Of a stretch of 64,000 bases of DNA, positions 8,872 to 18,085 are shown piece after piece (position 1 is the stretch's first letter; each line of letters starts with the position of its first letter). Source of the DNA: a virus; IMG/VR virus record IMGVR_UViG_3300022562_000354, positions 1 through 64,000 of that record; one strand, 5' to 3'. The notes under the pieces are model-generated. The model did not search any database, had not been told where the DNA came from, and was given only the letters and a program-made list of their open reading frames with translations. A program made the position numbers and the translations under genes.

Positions 8872-9449
8872 CAGAGCCCCTCGACAACCGGACGGGCTGC
8901 GATGGCCTCGGAAAGCCACTTTCGGAGCTGTTCTTGCTCATCGCGAATCTCGATCAATTCAAGCAACGGCACGATGTACTGGTTCGTCTCGTTGATGACC
9001 CGAGCCCACCGCTTGTCCTTGAAGACCGTCCTGCCTTCACGGAGGTTGCAGATTCGGTCAGCGAGCTTCACCTTCGCTTCCGCAAACCTCAAGGTCTGAC
9101 GCAGGCGAGCGAGGTAGGCGATCTTGGAGTCCGCCGCCTCGTCATGTGTGAGGCTCACGACACCGAAGACGATGTTGTAGTCTATACCCTCGGCCGTGAG
9201 ATCCGCCTCGATCACCCGAGACCCATCTTCTTTCCGGCCGTCCTCGATGAGATCGTGCATCCATGCCACGTCGATGCAGTGCTCATACGTGGCCTTCTCT
9301 CGCTCGCTAGGGGGTGGCGGGTGTGTCAAGCCCCAAAGCTCCGTCAAGAGACGCACGAGGTCTTGCGGGTGTTCCCACGCCGCTCTGTTTCCCGGCCCTT
9401 GCCGGGTACCCGGCATCCAGCGCCGGGCTAGTTCTTCACTTTTTCTCAT
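8871..9449 (-). CDS. HD-domain (RelA/SpoT/Mesh1-like) phosphohydrolase
   Basis: EHP, AWMHDLIEDG, VSLT and VKLADRICNL motifs; start ATG 9449, 9 nt after CGGTGTA. Confidence 0.8.
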   Translation of the reverse strand: MRKSEELARRWMPGTRQGPGNRAAWEHPQDLVRLLTELWGLTHPPPPSEREKATYEHCIDVAWMHDLIEDGRKEDGSRVIEADLTAEGIDYNIVFGVVSLTHDEAADSKIAYLARLRQTLRFAEAKVKLADRICNLREGRTVFKDKRWARVINETNQYIVPLLELIEIRDEQEQLRKWLSEAIAARPVVEGL

Positions 9450-9458
9450 GCTCGGTTC

Positions 9459-9465
9459 TACACCG
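9459..9465 (-). promoter_or_regulatory. CGGTGTA promoter-like element
   Basis: 9 nt before ATG 9449. Confidence 0.7.
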
Positions 9466-9754
9466 AAACGTGGCGCCTTCAACCAGCTCCTACCTTTTCA
9501 CCCAATTCTGCGTAGAAAAATTTGTCGGCCGCTCGGGATCATGTATCTTGAGAGGCGACTCGGCACCCCCTTGTCTCCGACCTCGCAATTCCGCAGGCGG
9601 TGAATGCCGTTGGGTCTACATACAAGCGATCAAAAAGGAAACTGCATGCGCACACGCGATTCGCCGTAGTTCCGATTTGATGAAACCGCGACTCTGCTGT
9701 CCTTGTCGCACATGCGAATGTTGGCGGGGTTTACATCGTACAAGTAGCGGTTTT

Positions 9755-9787
9755 GAAACCCGAAGGATTCCAAGTCCTTCGGGTTTC
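9755..9787. terminator. 13-bp perfect hairpin in the divergent intergenic region
   Basis: GAAACCCGAAGGA-ttccaag-TCCTTCGGGTTTC; only a weak U-tract, so function is uncertain. Confidence 0.45.
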
Positions 9788-9832
9788 GTGCATTTTGGGT
9801 CAAAACTTGACCCCTTCGATCGTCTACAGGGC

Positions 9833-10162
9833 ATGGAAACCACCTGTGGACGCTGCAACGGTAAGGGGGAGATCGCGGCTTTCCGCCATGTTCGTGGCGG
9901 CATCTGCTTCCGCTGCTGGGGTAGCGGGTTCGACACCCTCAAGGAGATCCGGGGCCTCGCAGAGTGGCTCGTTCGGGCTCGTCGGGAGTACCGGAACCGC
10001 AAGGCTGCCCTCCGTAGGGCCAAGACCCCGGCCGATCGGGCGAAGCTCCAGGCCGAGCTGGACAAGATTGAGAAGCTCGGAAAGAAGAACCGCCGACTCC
10101 ACGACGCCCTCGTGGCGGACCACAAGAACCTTGCCGACCGTGCGAAGGAGATGCACCCGTGA
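9833..10162 (+). CDS. DnaJ-type CxxCxGxG zinc-finger protein with coiled coil
   Basis: METTCGRCNGKG...CFRCWGSG; start at ATG 9833. Confidence 0.7.
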   Translation: METTCGRCNGKGEIAAFRHVRGGICFRCWGSGFDTLKEIRGLAEWLVRARREYRNRKAALRRAKTPADRAKLQAELDKIEKLGKKNRRLHDALVADHKNLADRAKEMHP

Positions 10163-10389
10163 ACAACACCGAAGCAACTGGCTGGCTCCTCGACACTCTC
10201 ACGGGCGCTACGGGAGGGGCACCTCTCTCCGAGCGGGAGATCCGCTCGGTCCCGACCTTTGAGATCGTTTCCACCCAGTTCAAGCCGGAGGTGGAGGGCA
10301 ACCGGCTCATCGTCCGTCTCCCGGTCGAACAGGGCGGGGAAGTCACGGAGGTCGAGTACCTCATCACCGTGGAGCGCGTGTTCAAATGA
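10159..10389 (+). CDS. Hypothetical protein
   Basis: GTGA coupling, AGGAG SD, high GC3. Confidence 0.6.
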   Translation: MNNTEATGWLLDTLTGATGGAPLSEREIRSVPTFEIVSTQFKPEVEGNRLIVRLPVEQGGEVTEVEYLITVERVFK

Positions 10390-10559
10390 GCGTCGCAAAC
10401 AAGATCGCCAACGACAGCCACGAAAACGCCGGGCGCTACACGACCCGTACCTACTCCCGTCACGGACTCTCCAAGGGAGCCCGCTACTACAAGCGGTACT
10501 ACAACCGCCTCGGCAAGCGAGCTGAGGCCCGCCTCGCACGCAAGGACTCTGAAGCATGA
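10386..10559 (+). CDS. Small basic hypothetical protein (57 aa)
   Basis: Below the ORF-track cutoff: MSVANKIANDSHENAGRYTTRTYSRHGLSKGARYYKRYYNRLGKRAEARLARKDSEA; ATGA overlaps at both ends. Confidence 0.65.
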   Translation: MSVANKIANDSHENAGRYTTRTYSRHGLSKGARYYKRYYNRLGKRAEARLARKDSEA

Positions 10560-11002
10560 GCTTCCGTCGCATGGTCGCTGAGGTCATCAACCACACGTTC
10601 ACCAAGGCGTGCGGGAAGAACCAGCTCAGCAAGCCCGAGCATGAACGCCGGGCTCTCCACATCACCTTCTCCGCTCGTATCGACTACGAGAAGGAAGAGG
10701 GTTACCGCTACATCGAGCTGGTCATCTACGGGCCGGCAAACTACGTCCAGGTCTGGACCCGCGACCGCTGGACGGTCATCCCAGTCGAAGACCTCGAAGA
10801 CGAGGACGATGGCGGCCCCAAGCCCGGCAAGGGCTACATCGAGGGGTCCTCCGCATGGGAGATGGTCGGATTTCACGACTCGGGATGGCGTAGCTCCGTC
10901 GAGAACCTTCTCTCTAAGAGGGAAAGGGACATCGACGGCTTCACTGGCTCCGACTGGTACAAGCTCGTGGACCCCAAGACTCTGGGTTTGGAGGGCGAAT
11001 GA
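10556..11002 (+). CDS. Hypothetical protein
   Basis: Coupled ORF, high GC3. Confidence 0.65.
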   Translation: MSFRRMVAEVINHTFTKACGKNQLSKPEHERRALHITFSARIDYEKEEGYRYIELVIYGPANYVQVWTRDRWTVIPVEDLEDEDDGGPKPGKGYIEGSSAWEMVGFHDSGWRSSVENLLSKRERDIDGFTGSDWYKLVDPKTLGLEGE

Positions 11003-11418
11003 ATCCCGGCATTCAAGAACGTATCCGCATGTGGGAGCACAACGCAACGGCCGCCATGATGGCGCTCCGTTCCGTCGAGCCTTCCGGTGACTGGTCGGAC
11101 CTCGTGGTCATCATCGCCGATCTCCGTGACCCGATCGCCCGGCAGCTCACCGAGGCGATGGCGGACGCCAAAGGAACCGACATCTCCAAGGAGGAGGCGA
11201 AGATCGAGCGCAAGGGGCAGATCGCCACGGCGACCCTCGTGTTTGACCTCGACACGACCCGGAAGCTCTTCCAGACGCTCGACCACCCTCTCGTGGCCAC
11301 CCACATCTCCAAGGTGCCGCCCCGTGGGCACGTCCGGGCGGTCGTGATCTCGTCCGGGGCCTGCTCCCTCATGCACCCGCCGATCATCGACCTGCCTGCG
11401 ACTTCGACCGGGAACTAG
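10999..11418 (+). CDS. Hypothetical protein
   Basis: Coupled ORF with GGAGG SD. Confidence 0.65.
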   Translation: MNPGIQERIRMWEHNATAAMMALRSVEPSGDWSDLVVIIADLRDPIARQLTEAMADAKGTDISKEEAKIERKGQIATATLVFDLDTTRKLFQTLDHPLVATHISKVPPRGHVRAVVISSGACSLMHPPIIDLPATSTGN

Positions 11419-11479
11419 AGAGTATTAAGCCTCCTTCAAGCTAGCCATTTCGAGGTAAACCGATCCCTCAGCGATCGGT

Positions 11480-11881
11480 TTAGGTCCCCTGAAGACAGTC
11501 GAGGACTTCCAGCTCTTCTTCGTACGTCATCGCATCGAAGTCGAGGTCGTCCTCCCCCAATTCCGGTCGCCGGTCTCCGTCATCGTAGACGATGAACTGA
11601 GGGTGCCAGCCGTCGTGGACCTCACGATGACACGTAGCGCATAACAGGACGCACTTGTCCAATTCCTTGCGGATCGCCGCGAAGGTCGTCATTCGCTTGG
11701 AGATGGTGAAGTCCTTGGTCCGTGGGTCGGTATGGTGGAAGTCAAACCCTGCGGCGCAGCGGTTGTAGCCACAAATTTGACACCGGCCGCCCTTGTAGTG
11801 GACCGCTTGGGCTCGGAGGTCTGAGCGGCGTTGTCGTTCGGCCTGTCGTCGTTCCCACCGGAGGTCTGCATCTGTTTTCAT
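11480..11881 (-). CDS. HNH endonuclease
   Basis: GGRCQICGYNRC..FDFHH.DP..K...ELDKCVLLCATCHREVH; start at ATG 11881. Confidence 0.85.
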   Translation of the reverse strand: MKTDADLRWERRQAERQRRSDLRAQAVHYKGGRCQICGYNRCAAGFDFHHTDPRTKDFTISKRMTTFAAIRKELDKCVLLCATCHREVHDGWHPQFIVYDDGDRRPELGEDDLDFDAMTYEEELEVLDCLQGT

Positions 11882-11953
11882 CTGCCAAGGGGTTACCGAT
11901 GAAAGGATCCCCAAACTTGGCCCACCTGAAACGCACCCTGTACCGAGGGGAGC

Positions 11954-12190
11954 ATGACCATGCTCAAAGGTGCGTTTCGTGTTATCAGTGCTGGCCCGTG
12001 GGACGCCGAAACGTTCGGCGTCGTTGACGTGGAGGTGACACAGGCCGACAAGGGCCTGAAAGTTCGTTTCCAAGAGCGTACCGGAGGCGCTCCCATCGAG
12101 TTTACGGCCGATACTTACGAGCGAAGGGGGCTTCTCGTATTCCTCCGCACCAACGCTGTCACCAAGTGGGTACTTCAAGCCCTGACGTAG
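11954..12190 (+). CDS. Hypothetical protein
   Basis: GAGGGGAG SD, compact ORF. Confidence 0.55.
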   Translation: MTMLKGAFRVISAGPWDAETFGVVDVEVTQADKGLKVRFQERTGGAPIEFTADTYERRGLLVFLRTNAVTKWVLQALT

Positions 12191-12196
12191 AGAGGC

Positions 12197-12424
12197 ATGA
12201 TGAACGAGCACGACTTCGAGAACATCCTGAGCCAAGCCCTCGCGGATTACGCGAAGAACAACGACCTACCCCTCAAGGCCGCTTCGGTCATCGAGAAGGG
12301 CTACGGCAAAGAGGCTGGGCTGATCGTCGAGGTAGGAGCCGAGGAATTTCACCTGTCGATCACTCAGACGGTGTTTGAGGATGGGGAGGGTGGTCCCCCC
12401 CTCTCTAACGGAAAGCACGCATGA
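12197..12424 (+). CDS. Hypothetical protein
   Basis: GAGG SD; ATGA overlap with dam. Confidence 0.55.
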   Translation: MMNEHDFENILSQALADYAKNNDLPLKAASVIEKGYGKEAGLIVEVGAEEFHLSITQTVFEDGEGGPPLSNGKHA

Positions 12425-13257
12425 CCCAACCCTTCGTCAAGTGGGCCGGGGGCAAGAGGCAGCTCCTCCCCGCCATCCTCAGCCGGCTCCCCATGGAGAT
12501 CGGCACATTCTACGAACCGTTCGTAGGAGGTGGCGCCGTCTTCTTTGCCCTCGCCCGCGAGGGGGCGTTCGATCGAGCCATCATCAACGACCTCAACGAA
12601 GAGTTGATGCAAGCCTACCGAACGCTCGCCACCAACGAAGGGGTTGGAGCGGTCATCACCCTCCTGAAGACCTACCCCTTCGATCGGACCTTCTTCGAGA
12701 CCATCCGGGCTCAGAGCCCGAAGGACTTGAGCGACGTTGCCAAGACAGCTCGGTTCATCTACCTGAACCGAGCTGGGTTCAACGGGCTCTATCGGGTCAA
12801 CAAGAGCGGGCAGTTCAACGTCCCCTTCGGTAAGTACACGAACCCGACCATCTGCGACGAAGACAACCTCCTCGCGGTATCCAAGTGCCTTCGTCAGCCG
12901 ATCGAGTTTCGGTGCGAGGACTTTGAGAAGTGTGTCGAGTCAGCCGGCGCCGGAGACGTGGTCTACTTCGACCCCCCGTACCTTCCAGTCTCCGAGACGG
13001 CCGACTTCACCGAGTACACGCCTGGAGGGTTCGGAGCTTTCGAGCACAAGCGGCTCGCTGAGACCTTCAAACGCCTGGCGGGTAAGGGCGTTGTCGTCCT
13101 TCTATCCAACGCCGACGTGCCGTTGACCCATTCACTCTACGAAGGATTCAAAATCGACATCGTAGAAGCTCGTCGGAACATCAACTCGGACGGGGACAAA
13201 AGGGGCAACGTCAACGAGGTCTTGGTCGGAGCCAACTTGCCCACCCACGAGGAGTGA
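12421..13257 (+). CDS. dam: Dam-family (D12 class) N6-adenine DNA methyltransferase
   Basis: PFVKWAGGK, EPFVGGGAV, NDLN, FNGLYRVN..GQFNVPFG, YFDPPY and LLSN motifs. Confidence 0.92.
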   Translation: MTQPFVKWAGGKRQLLPAILSRLPMEIGTFYEPFVGGGAVFFALAREGAFDRAIINDLNEELMQAYRTLATNEGVGAVITLLKTYPFDRTFFETIRAQSPKDLSDVAKTARFIYLNRAGFNGLYRVNKSGQFNVPFGKYTNPTICDEDNLLAVSKCLRQPIEFRCEDFEKCVESAGAGDVVYFDPPYLPVSETADFTEYTPGGFGAFEHKRLAETFKRLAGKGVVVLLSNADVPLTHSLYEGFKIDIVEARRNINSDGDKRGNVNEVLVGANLPTHEE

Positions 13258-13301
13258 GCTAGGACGAAATCACTCCCCTCGTTCGTTTCGACGGCGAGGT
13301 C

Positions 13302-13330
13302 AGGGCCACCTAGCGGATGCAGGTGGCCCT
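13302..13330. terminator. Hairpin between the convergent dam and DHH genes
   Basis: AGGGCCACCT-9 nt-AGGTGGCCCT. Confidence 0.6.
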
Positions 13331-13336
13331 TGGTCT

Positions 13337-14380
13337 TTAAGCGTGCGGATTGGGGAGCTTCCCCTCAGCCTCCAGGCTCCGCTCGTAACTCCCTAGAACC
13401 CTAGCGAACGCCGCGTAAGGATTCTCCATCGACCCGATCTCGAAGGGCTGGTTGAATCCGGCCGCCTTCGTGTGACCTCCGCCCCCGTGGGCCTTGCAGA
13501 ATGCTCCGCAGTCGAAGTTACCGCGTGACCGGGTCGAGAAGATGACCTTTGGGGTGCCGTTCTCGATCTCGAAGCTGAAACCGGCCACGAGGTCTGCCTC
13601 CGAGTCCAGGGCTTCGGCAGCGTCGCTGGTCGTGTGGAGGCTGTTGAGGATCACGACTCGGGTGCCGTACGGGGTCGTGTAGCGGTAGGACTTCTCGATC
13701 GACTTCTTGACCGACCGCTCGTGCTTCTCGACGAGAAGCTCCCCGAGCTTCATGCGCTCGGCCCACCACGAGTTGTTCTCGTAGCGGAACGGGTTGAAGA
13801 CGGAGAGCCAGTTGTCCGGGGGGTAGAACCGGAGCATCTCGGCTTGGATGCACGCCTTCCGCCAGTCCGGATGCTTGTTCTGCCAGGTGTCCCGGACCCC
13901 TGCGAGAGTGGCAAACGTGTCGGCCCTATGAACCAAGGCGTCGTACTCCCCCTTGATCCCGTTCTCATCGTCGATGCGATCGAAGCGGTTGAGGTCGTAC
14001 TGAGCCGACTTGAGCGGCTGCCACACGTGCCGGAAGGCGAGGACCGCCCCGCAGACCCCAGGCTGGGTCACCTCGTCGGCGAAGACCCCGTTACCCTCGA
14101 ACGCATCGACGATGGGCCTAGCGAACTTGTGGTGGTCGAGGACGAGGGCGCCCGCCGCTACGAAGTCCTTGACCCGACCCTCATGCGGAGAGAAGTCGGC
14201 GAAGAGCATCCCCGGCTCGGCCACCTGAGTCTTGTGGGCTTCCGTCTGGTACTGCATGAAGACGATCTTGGCGTCCGGCAACACGTCGTGGAGAAGGATC
14301 GCCGAGGCCATACCATCGGGGCAGTTCTCGTGCGTCACGACGGTCTTGATGGCCTTGAGCTGCGCGATGGTGAACGACAT
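13337..14380 (-). CDS. DHH/DHHA1 phosphoesterase
   Basis: HENCPDG, ADFS, LDHHK, STRS and GGGGHTKAAGF motifs. Confidence 0.85.
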   Translation of the reverse strand: MSFTIAQLKAIKTVVTHENCPDGMASAILLHDVLPDAKIVFMQYQTEAHKTQVAEPGMLFADFSPHEGRVKDFVAAGALVLDHHKFARPIVDAFEGNGVFADEVTQPGVCGAVLAFRHVWQPLKSAQYDLNRFDRIDDENGIKGEYDALVHRADTFATLAGVRDTWQNKHPDWRKACIQAEMLRFYPPDNWLSVFNPFRYENNSWWAERMKLGELLVEKHERSVKKSIEKSYRYTTPYGTRVVILNSLHTTSDAAEALDSEADLVAGFSFEIENGTPKVIFSTRSRGNFDCGAFCKAHGGGGHTKAAGFNQPFEIGSMENPYAAFARVLGSYERSLEAEGKLPNPHA

Positions 14381-14382
14381 GA

Positions 14383-14880
14383 TCAGTTCTCTTCCTTGGG
14401 CTGGAGGGCGTTCCGCTTGGCCCGAATCTGGTCGAATAGACCGTTCCGAAGAGGCTGCGTCACGATCCGCTCTTGGAGCGGCTTGGTGTCGACGTACCAC
14501 TTCTGGAGGGTGTCCCAGTCGTTGATCGCCTGAAGCTCCATGAGGAGCTTCTTCTGGATGTCATACTCGTGAAACTCGTTGGGCTCTTGGGTGAAGGCTT
14601 TGGCCGCCTTGCCCCGATGCTCCGGAGGGATCTCCTCGAACTTCTGCCCGATCTCGGTCGCCTCCCGCATGGCCTTGATCGACTTCTCGAAGGCGTCCCG
14701 ACACTCGGTCTCCCGAGCCTCGTTCTGCGAAAAGATAGAGTCCGCCAGAAGGCGGAAGGCGTCGAACCCAGCCATGAACGCCGTGAACTGAACCTGCGTC
14801 TTGAGGCTCGGCATCTGTTGCTTCATCGCCTGCGCCATCATGCGCATAACGTCGGGGTTGTTCGGGGGAAGGTTGCTCAT
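14383..14880 (-). CDS. Hypothetical helical protein
   Basis: Coupled ORF, high GC3. Confidence 0.6.
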   Translation of the reverse strand: MSNLPPNNPDVMRMMAQAMKQQMPSLKTQVQFTAFMAGFDAFRLLADSIFSQNEARETECRDAFEKSIKAMREATEIGQKFEEIPPEHRGKAAKAFTQEPNEFHEYDIQKKLLMELQAINDWDTLQKWYVDTKPLQERIVTQPLRNGLFDQIRAKRNALQPKEEN

Positions 14881-15164
14881 GGTTTTTTCGTCTTTTCGAG
14901 GAGTTGGTTCTTGAAGCCCTCAGCCAAAGCCTCCGCATTGGGGACGCCGAGGGCGGTGGCTTGGACCTGTACTACACCTTTCATCAGGTCCAAGGCCGTC
15001 GCTTGGTTCCGCATGATGCGAGTACACGGTCTGCAATAGACGATCCGTTCCTTCGGTTCGTCCCCCATCGCCACAAGGTACCGCTTCTCTTCCTCGGTCA
15101 GAACGAACACGGTGCAGTCCGCTTCAGGGCGCTCTCTACTGCAAATATCGCATTTCGCGTTCAA
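14877..15164 (-). CDS. Hypothetical zinc-binding protein
   Basis: CDIC...CRPC; TTG start after AAGGGG. Confidence 0.6.
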   Translation of the reverse strand: MNAKCDICSRERPEADCTVFVLTEEEKRYLVAMGDEPKERIVYCRPCTRIMRNQATALDLMKGVVQVQATALGVPNAEALAEGFKNQLLEKTKKP

Positions 15165-15167
15165 GGT

Positions 15168-15800
15168 TCACCCCTTATCCACGTACTCTTGGTACAGAAA
15201 GCGGTCGATGGCGCCGAGGTCGATGTCCTCGTTGCACAACTGCTCCGCCAAGAGCAGGGCGGTCCCGACTGGCATCGTCAAGAATTGGAGCTGGTGTCGG
15301 CGTAAGATTTTTTCTTGTTCCGCATGAAAAGTATTGGCCACGAGGGTTCGGTCCACGATCCTCGTAAGGGGTCCGAGTCGATGCGGGTGGCAGTAGTGGG
15401 GATCTCCCGCTGAGTAGTAGGTCCGACACGAGAACGGGCGAGCCTCGTAGACAGAACATTCCTTCTGGTCCGTCAGGAGAGGGCAGGGGATGAGCGCCAT
15501 CAACCAGACCTCGTAGCTGGTCCCGTATTGACGGTCGGCCGTGTCCTTGAGCTTCTCTCTGAGCTTAGTGGTCCACAAGTGACGGTCGACCAACCATCGG
15601 TAGAGCAGAACACCCTCGAAAATAGAGATGGTCACCGGGTGGTAACAGCATGAGGCGCAGCCCTTGGTGCAGGTGGTGCGCTTCAACTGCGTACGGACCT
15701 CCATCTCAAACTTGGATGCGATCTCGGTCCGAAGGGCCTGAACCGAACCGATCGAGTCCTCAATCAAGACAGGAAGCCGGCGCTTATTCTTCATCTTCAT
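15168..15800 (-). CDS. YkgJ/UPF0153 (CxxCxxCC) Fe-S/Zn cluster protein
   Basis: CTKGCASCCY, CPLL, CSVYEARPFSCR. Confidence 0.85.
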   Translation of the reverse strand: MKMKNKRRLPVLIEDSIGSVQALRTEIASKFEMEVRTQLKRTTCTKGCASCCYHPVTISIFEGVLLYRWLVDRHLWTTKLREKLKDTADRQYGTSYEVWLMALIPCPLLTDQKECSVYEARPFSCRTYYSAGDPHYCHPHRLGPLTRIVDRTLVANTFHAEQEKILRRHQLQFLTMPVGTALLLAEQLCNEDIDLGAIDRFLYQEYVDKG

Positions 15801-16284
15801 CGAGAATGTGGTTGAATCTGTTCCGGGGTTCCGGAGGGCGAGCTGCCGCTGCCGCTTGAGCGGCCTGCTTCTGGGCAACGGTGCCGTACGTCCGTGGAAC
15901 CGTCACCCGGACGGAGACCCCACTCCGATGTGTGGCGATAAGGACAACCCCAGGTAGGAGACGAACCTCGGGGCGTATAAACAGGCTCCCACCATCTCGG
16001 AGGGGGTCGCTCTGCACCCAGTCCACCCACGGCTCCAAAACCGTCTCAGGGCGCCCCAGGATGCCAGGAACGACCAGTTTCACGAAGGGGCCTCCTCCGT
16101 TCCGGGTGGGTGCTGCGAGGGTCGGCCAGCTCTCCGGGAGATTGGCGATGACCTCGCAGGCGTCATCGGCCAGCTCTTTGCGGCTACCGCTGCCGTCCAC
16201 AACGAGCCCTACCTTCACCGTTCGGTCGAAGTTGATGACCAGCCAGCGGCGGCCATCTTGCTCCACCAAGTCTCCGACCCTCAT
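15784..16284 (-). CDS. Hypothetical protein with C-terminal RNRFNHILDEDEE tail
   Basis: ATG 16284 (ATGA overlap); N-terminal MRVGDLV suggests an SH3-like start. Confidence 0.6.
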   Translation of the reverse strand: MRVGDLVEQDGRRWLVINFDRTVKVGLVVDGSGSRKELADDACEVIANLPESWPTLAAPTRNGGGPFVKLVVPGILGRPETVLEPWVDWVQSDPLRDGGSLFIRPEVRLLPGVVLIATHRSGVSVRVTVPRTYGTVAQKQAAQAAAAARPPEPRNRFNHILDEDEE

Positions 16285-16622
16285 GGGTTGAGCACGGGAA
16301 AGAGGTTCAGGTCCCAAGGCTTCAGAATGGCCTCGACCTCTGGGATGGTCTCATTCAGGAGGCTCGCGATGTCGGACTTAGCCTCTGCGCACACGGACTC
16401 CAAGACTGGACGGGTATCCTCGTCCAAGAGACGCAACTCATCGCGAACACCAAGCCACTCCTTCTTGGCCCCCAAAAAGAAGCCTTCTTCCACGGTAAGC
16501 ATGGGGCTCCATTGGCCGGGGGTGGCCTTGTTCTTGGTCTCGTAGACGTACCTCCGCATCACCGACTTGACGATGCGGAGGGCAGCGTGTCTTACACGGG
16601 ATATGTCGGGTTCAGGGATCAC
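16281..16622 (-). CDS. Hypothetical protein
   Basis: GTG 16622 lies 9 nt after CGGTGTA and downstream of a terminator hairpin. Confidence 0.55.
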   Translation of the reverse strand: MIPEPDISRVRHAALRIVKSVMRRYVYETKNKATPGQWSPMLTVEEGFFLGAKKEWLGVRDELRLLDEDTRPVLESVCAEAKSDIASLLNETIPEVEAILKPWDLNLFPVLNP

Positions 16623-16631
16623 GAGAAGGTC

Positions 16632-16638
16632 TACACCG
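16632..16638 (-). promoter_or_regulatory. CGGTGTA promoter-like element
   Basis: 9 nt before GTG 16622, just after a terminator. Confidence 0.65.
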
Positions 16639-16648
16639 TAAAGCACGA

Positions 16649-16676
16649 AAGGCGTTGGGCTTGCACCCAACGCCTT
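16649..16676 (-). terminator. Rho-independent terminator after the histone-like gene
   Basis: AAGGCGTTGGG/CCCAACGCCTT 11-bp stem followed by TCGTGCTTT on the minus strand. Confidence 0.65.
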
Positions 16677-16697
16677 CGCGCCGACCTACGGATCCGA

Positions 16698-17405
16698 TCA
16701 CTGACCGGGCAGCGGGCTCGCTCCCATGTCGATGCCAGCATCCTTGAGGATGTCGTTCGCGACGGTTGCCGGGTCTTCGTCCTCCCCAGCAGGCTTCGAG
16801 ACAGCGGGAGCCGGGGCCGGGGCCGCCACGACCGGCTTGCTCTCAGCGGCCGGGGGCACAACAGCCGGAGCACTCTTGGGCGCTGGAGGCGCCTTCGCTG
16901 CGGCCTTGGCCTGCGGCTTCGCCTTGCCCTTGCCGAGATGGTAGTGCCCCCGCTGACCCTCGATGCGGAGGAAGATGTCCTTCTCCTTGCTGAGCGTGTA
17001 GCGGATGTACCCGAGCGGATCATCCGAGTTGGGAAGCCAGTGACGCTTTTTCAGCTCGGCGTGGACCTGGATGGCCGTCATCGTGCTCGTACCCATGACC
17101 GTCTGGATCGAGTCGATGAGACGCGGGGGCTTCTTGCTCGTCCCCGTCTTCGTCGCCGCCTTGGCCTTCACCTTCGGCTTGGGGCCGGGCTTGTTGGCCT
17201 TCTTCGGCGGAGACACCTTCTTCGACGCTGCAACGGCCTTCTTCTTCGGGGCGGCGGTCTTCTTCGCTGACGCCTTGGCCGCTGGCTTGGTCAAGGATCC
17301 GCTGTGAACGATCCTCTCGACGCGATTGAACCTGGAGATGAGGTCGTCGAACGCCTTGTCGCGTTCCGCACTCGTCATCGTTGAGACTGACTTCTGCCTC
17401 GGCAT
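16698..17405 (-). CDS. Histone H1-like K/A/P-rich DNA-binding protein with a central winged-helix
   Basis: KPAAKASAKKTAAPKKK repeats flank RLIDSIQTVMG..MTAIQVHAELKKR..YIRYTLS...RGHYHL. Confidence 0.7.
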   Translation of the reverse strand: MPRQKSVSTMTSAERDKAFDDLISRFNRVERIVHSGSLTKPAAKASAKKTAAPKKKAVAASKKVSPPKKANKPGPKPKVKAKAATKTGTSKKPPRLIDSIQTVMGTSTMTAIQVHAELKKRHWLPNSDDPLGYIRYTLSKEKDIFLRIEGQRGHYHLGKGKAKPQAKAAAKAPPAPKSAPAVVPPAAESKPVVAAPAPAPAVSKPAGEDEDPATVANDILKDAGIDMGASPLPGQ

Positions 17406-17450
17406 CTTATCCGTTCCCTTTCTCATCCAATTTGGAGGGCTTGATCGACA

Positions 17451-17457
17451 TACACCC
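17451..17457 (-). promoter_or_regulatory. GGGTGTA variant element
   Basis: In the AT-rich gap upstream of the histone-like gene. Confidence 0.55.
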
Positions 17458-17555
17458 TTTTCAGATCAGATTCAACTGAACTTTCAAAAGGCGCCCTTCT
17501 TGCTCAATATGACCTTCCTACAGCGTAAACGCAAGGGGAACAGGGTGAGCGAAGT

Positions 17556-17851
17556 TTACGGGGTTCGGGTGAGACTTTGAATGAGCTTGCGCTGCAACGG
17601 CGTCTCCCCGCCCTCTTTGATGTGCCCGTAATCGCAGCGCTTTACCTGGAAGCATGTAGCTGCGACGCCAGGCCCAGCTCGAAGACCCGAGCAACCCTCG
17701 CAAACTTGGCTGCCAAAATTGAGACGGAAGCGGAGCCGTGAGCCTTCAAGCATGGCCTCACGGTACGCTTCCGTCAGATCCAAAGCCGCTCGGTAAGCGG
17801 CCTCGGGGTCGCCGTCTAGGAACCCTTGTAGGAGAGCCTCGGTAGGGTCTA
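17556..17851 (-). CDS. Cys-rich hypothetical protein (start uncertain)
   Basis: Coding-like frame DPTEALLQGF...CEGC...CFQVKRC, with no clear start codon at its 5' end. Confidence 0.4.
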
Positions 17852-18079
17852 CCGCCCGTTGACCGGGAATTCCCTGTCGATGTCCTTGTCGGAGAGGATG
17901 CCCATTTGCCGCAGGATCCTCTCCGACTTCCCCTCGGTCATGGCTCGCCGAAGACCCGCTAGCCTCGGGTCTCTCGTCAGCGTGGCCCGTTGGATCGTCT
18001 TGGACAGGAGTGTGTCCCACCCGTGCGGGCCTGCCGGGGTCTTCGTCTTGGTCGTTGGGGTGTGCTTTCGAGTTGCCAT
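17849..18079 (-). CDS. Hypothetical basic protein
   Basis: High GC3, GAGG SD. Confidence 0.55.
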   Translation of the reverse strand: MATRKHTPTTKTKTPAGPHGWDTLLSKTIQRATLTRDPRLAGLRRAMTEGKSERILRQMGILSDKDIDREFPVNGR

Positions 18080-18085
18080 GGGGCA

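Noticed and set aside
11480-13257. HNH plus Dam as a restriction-modification pair
   Set aside because: Divergent and separated by two ORFs; an orphan dam and a free-standing HNH are routine in phages.
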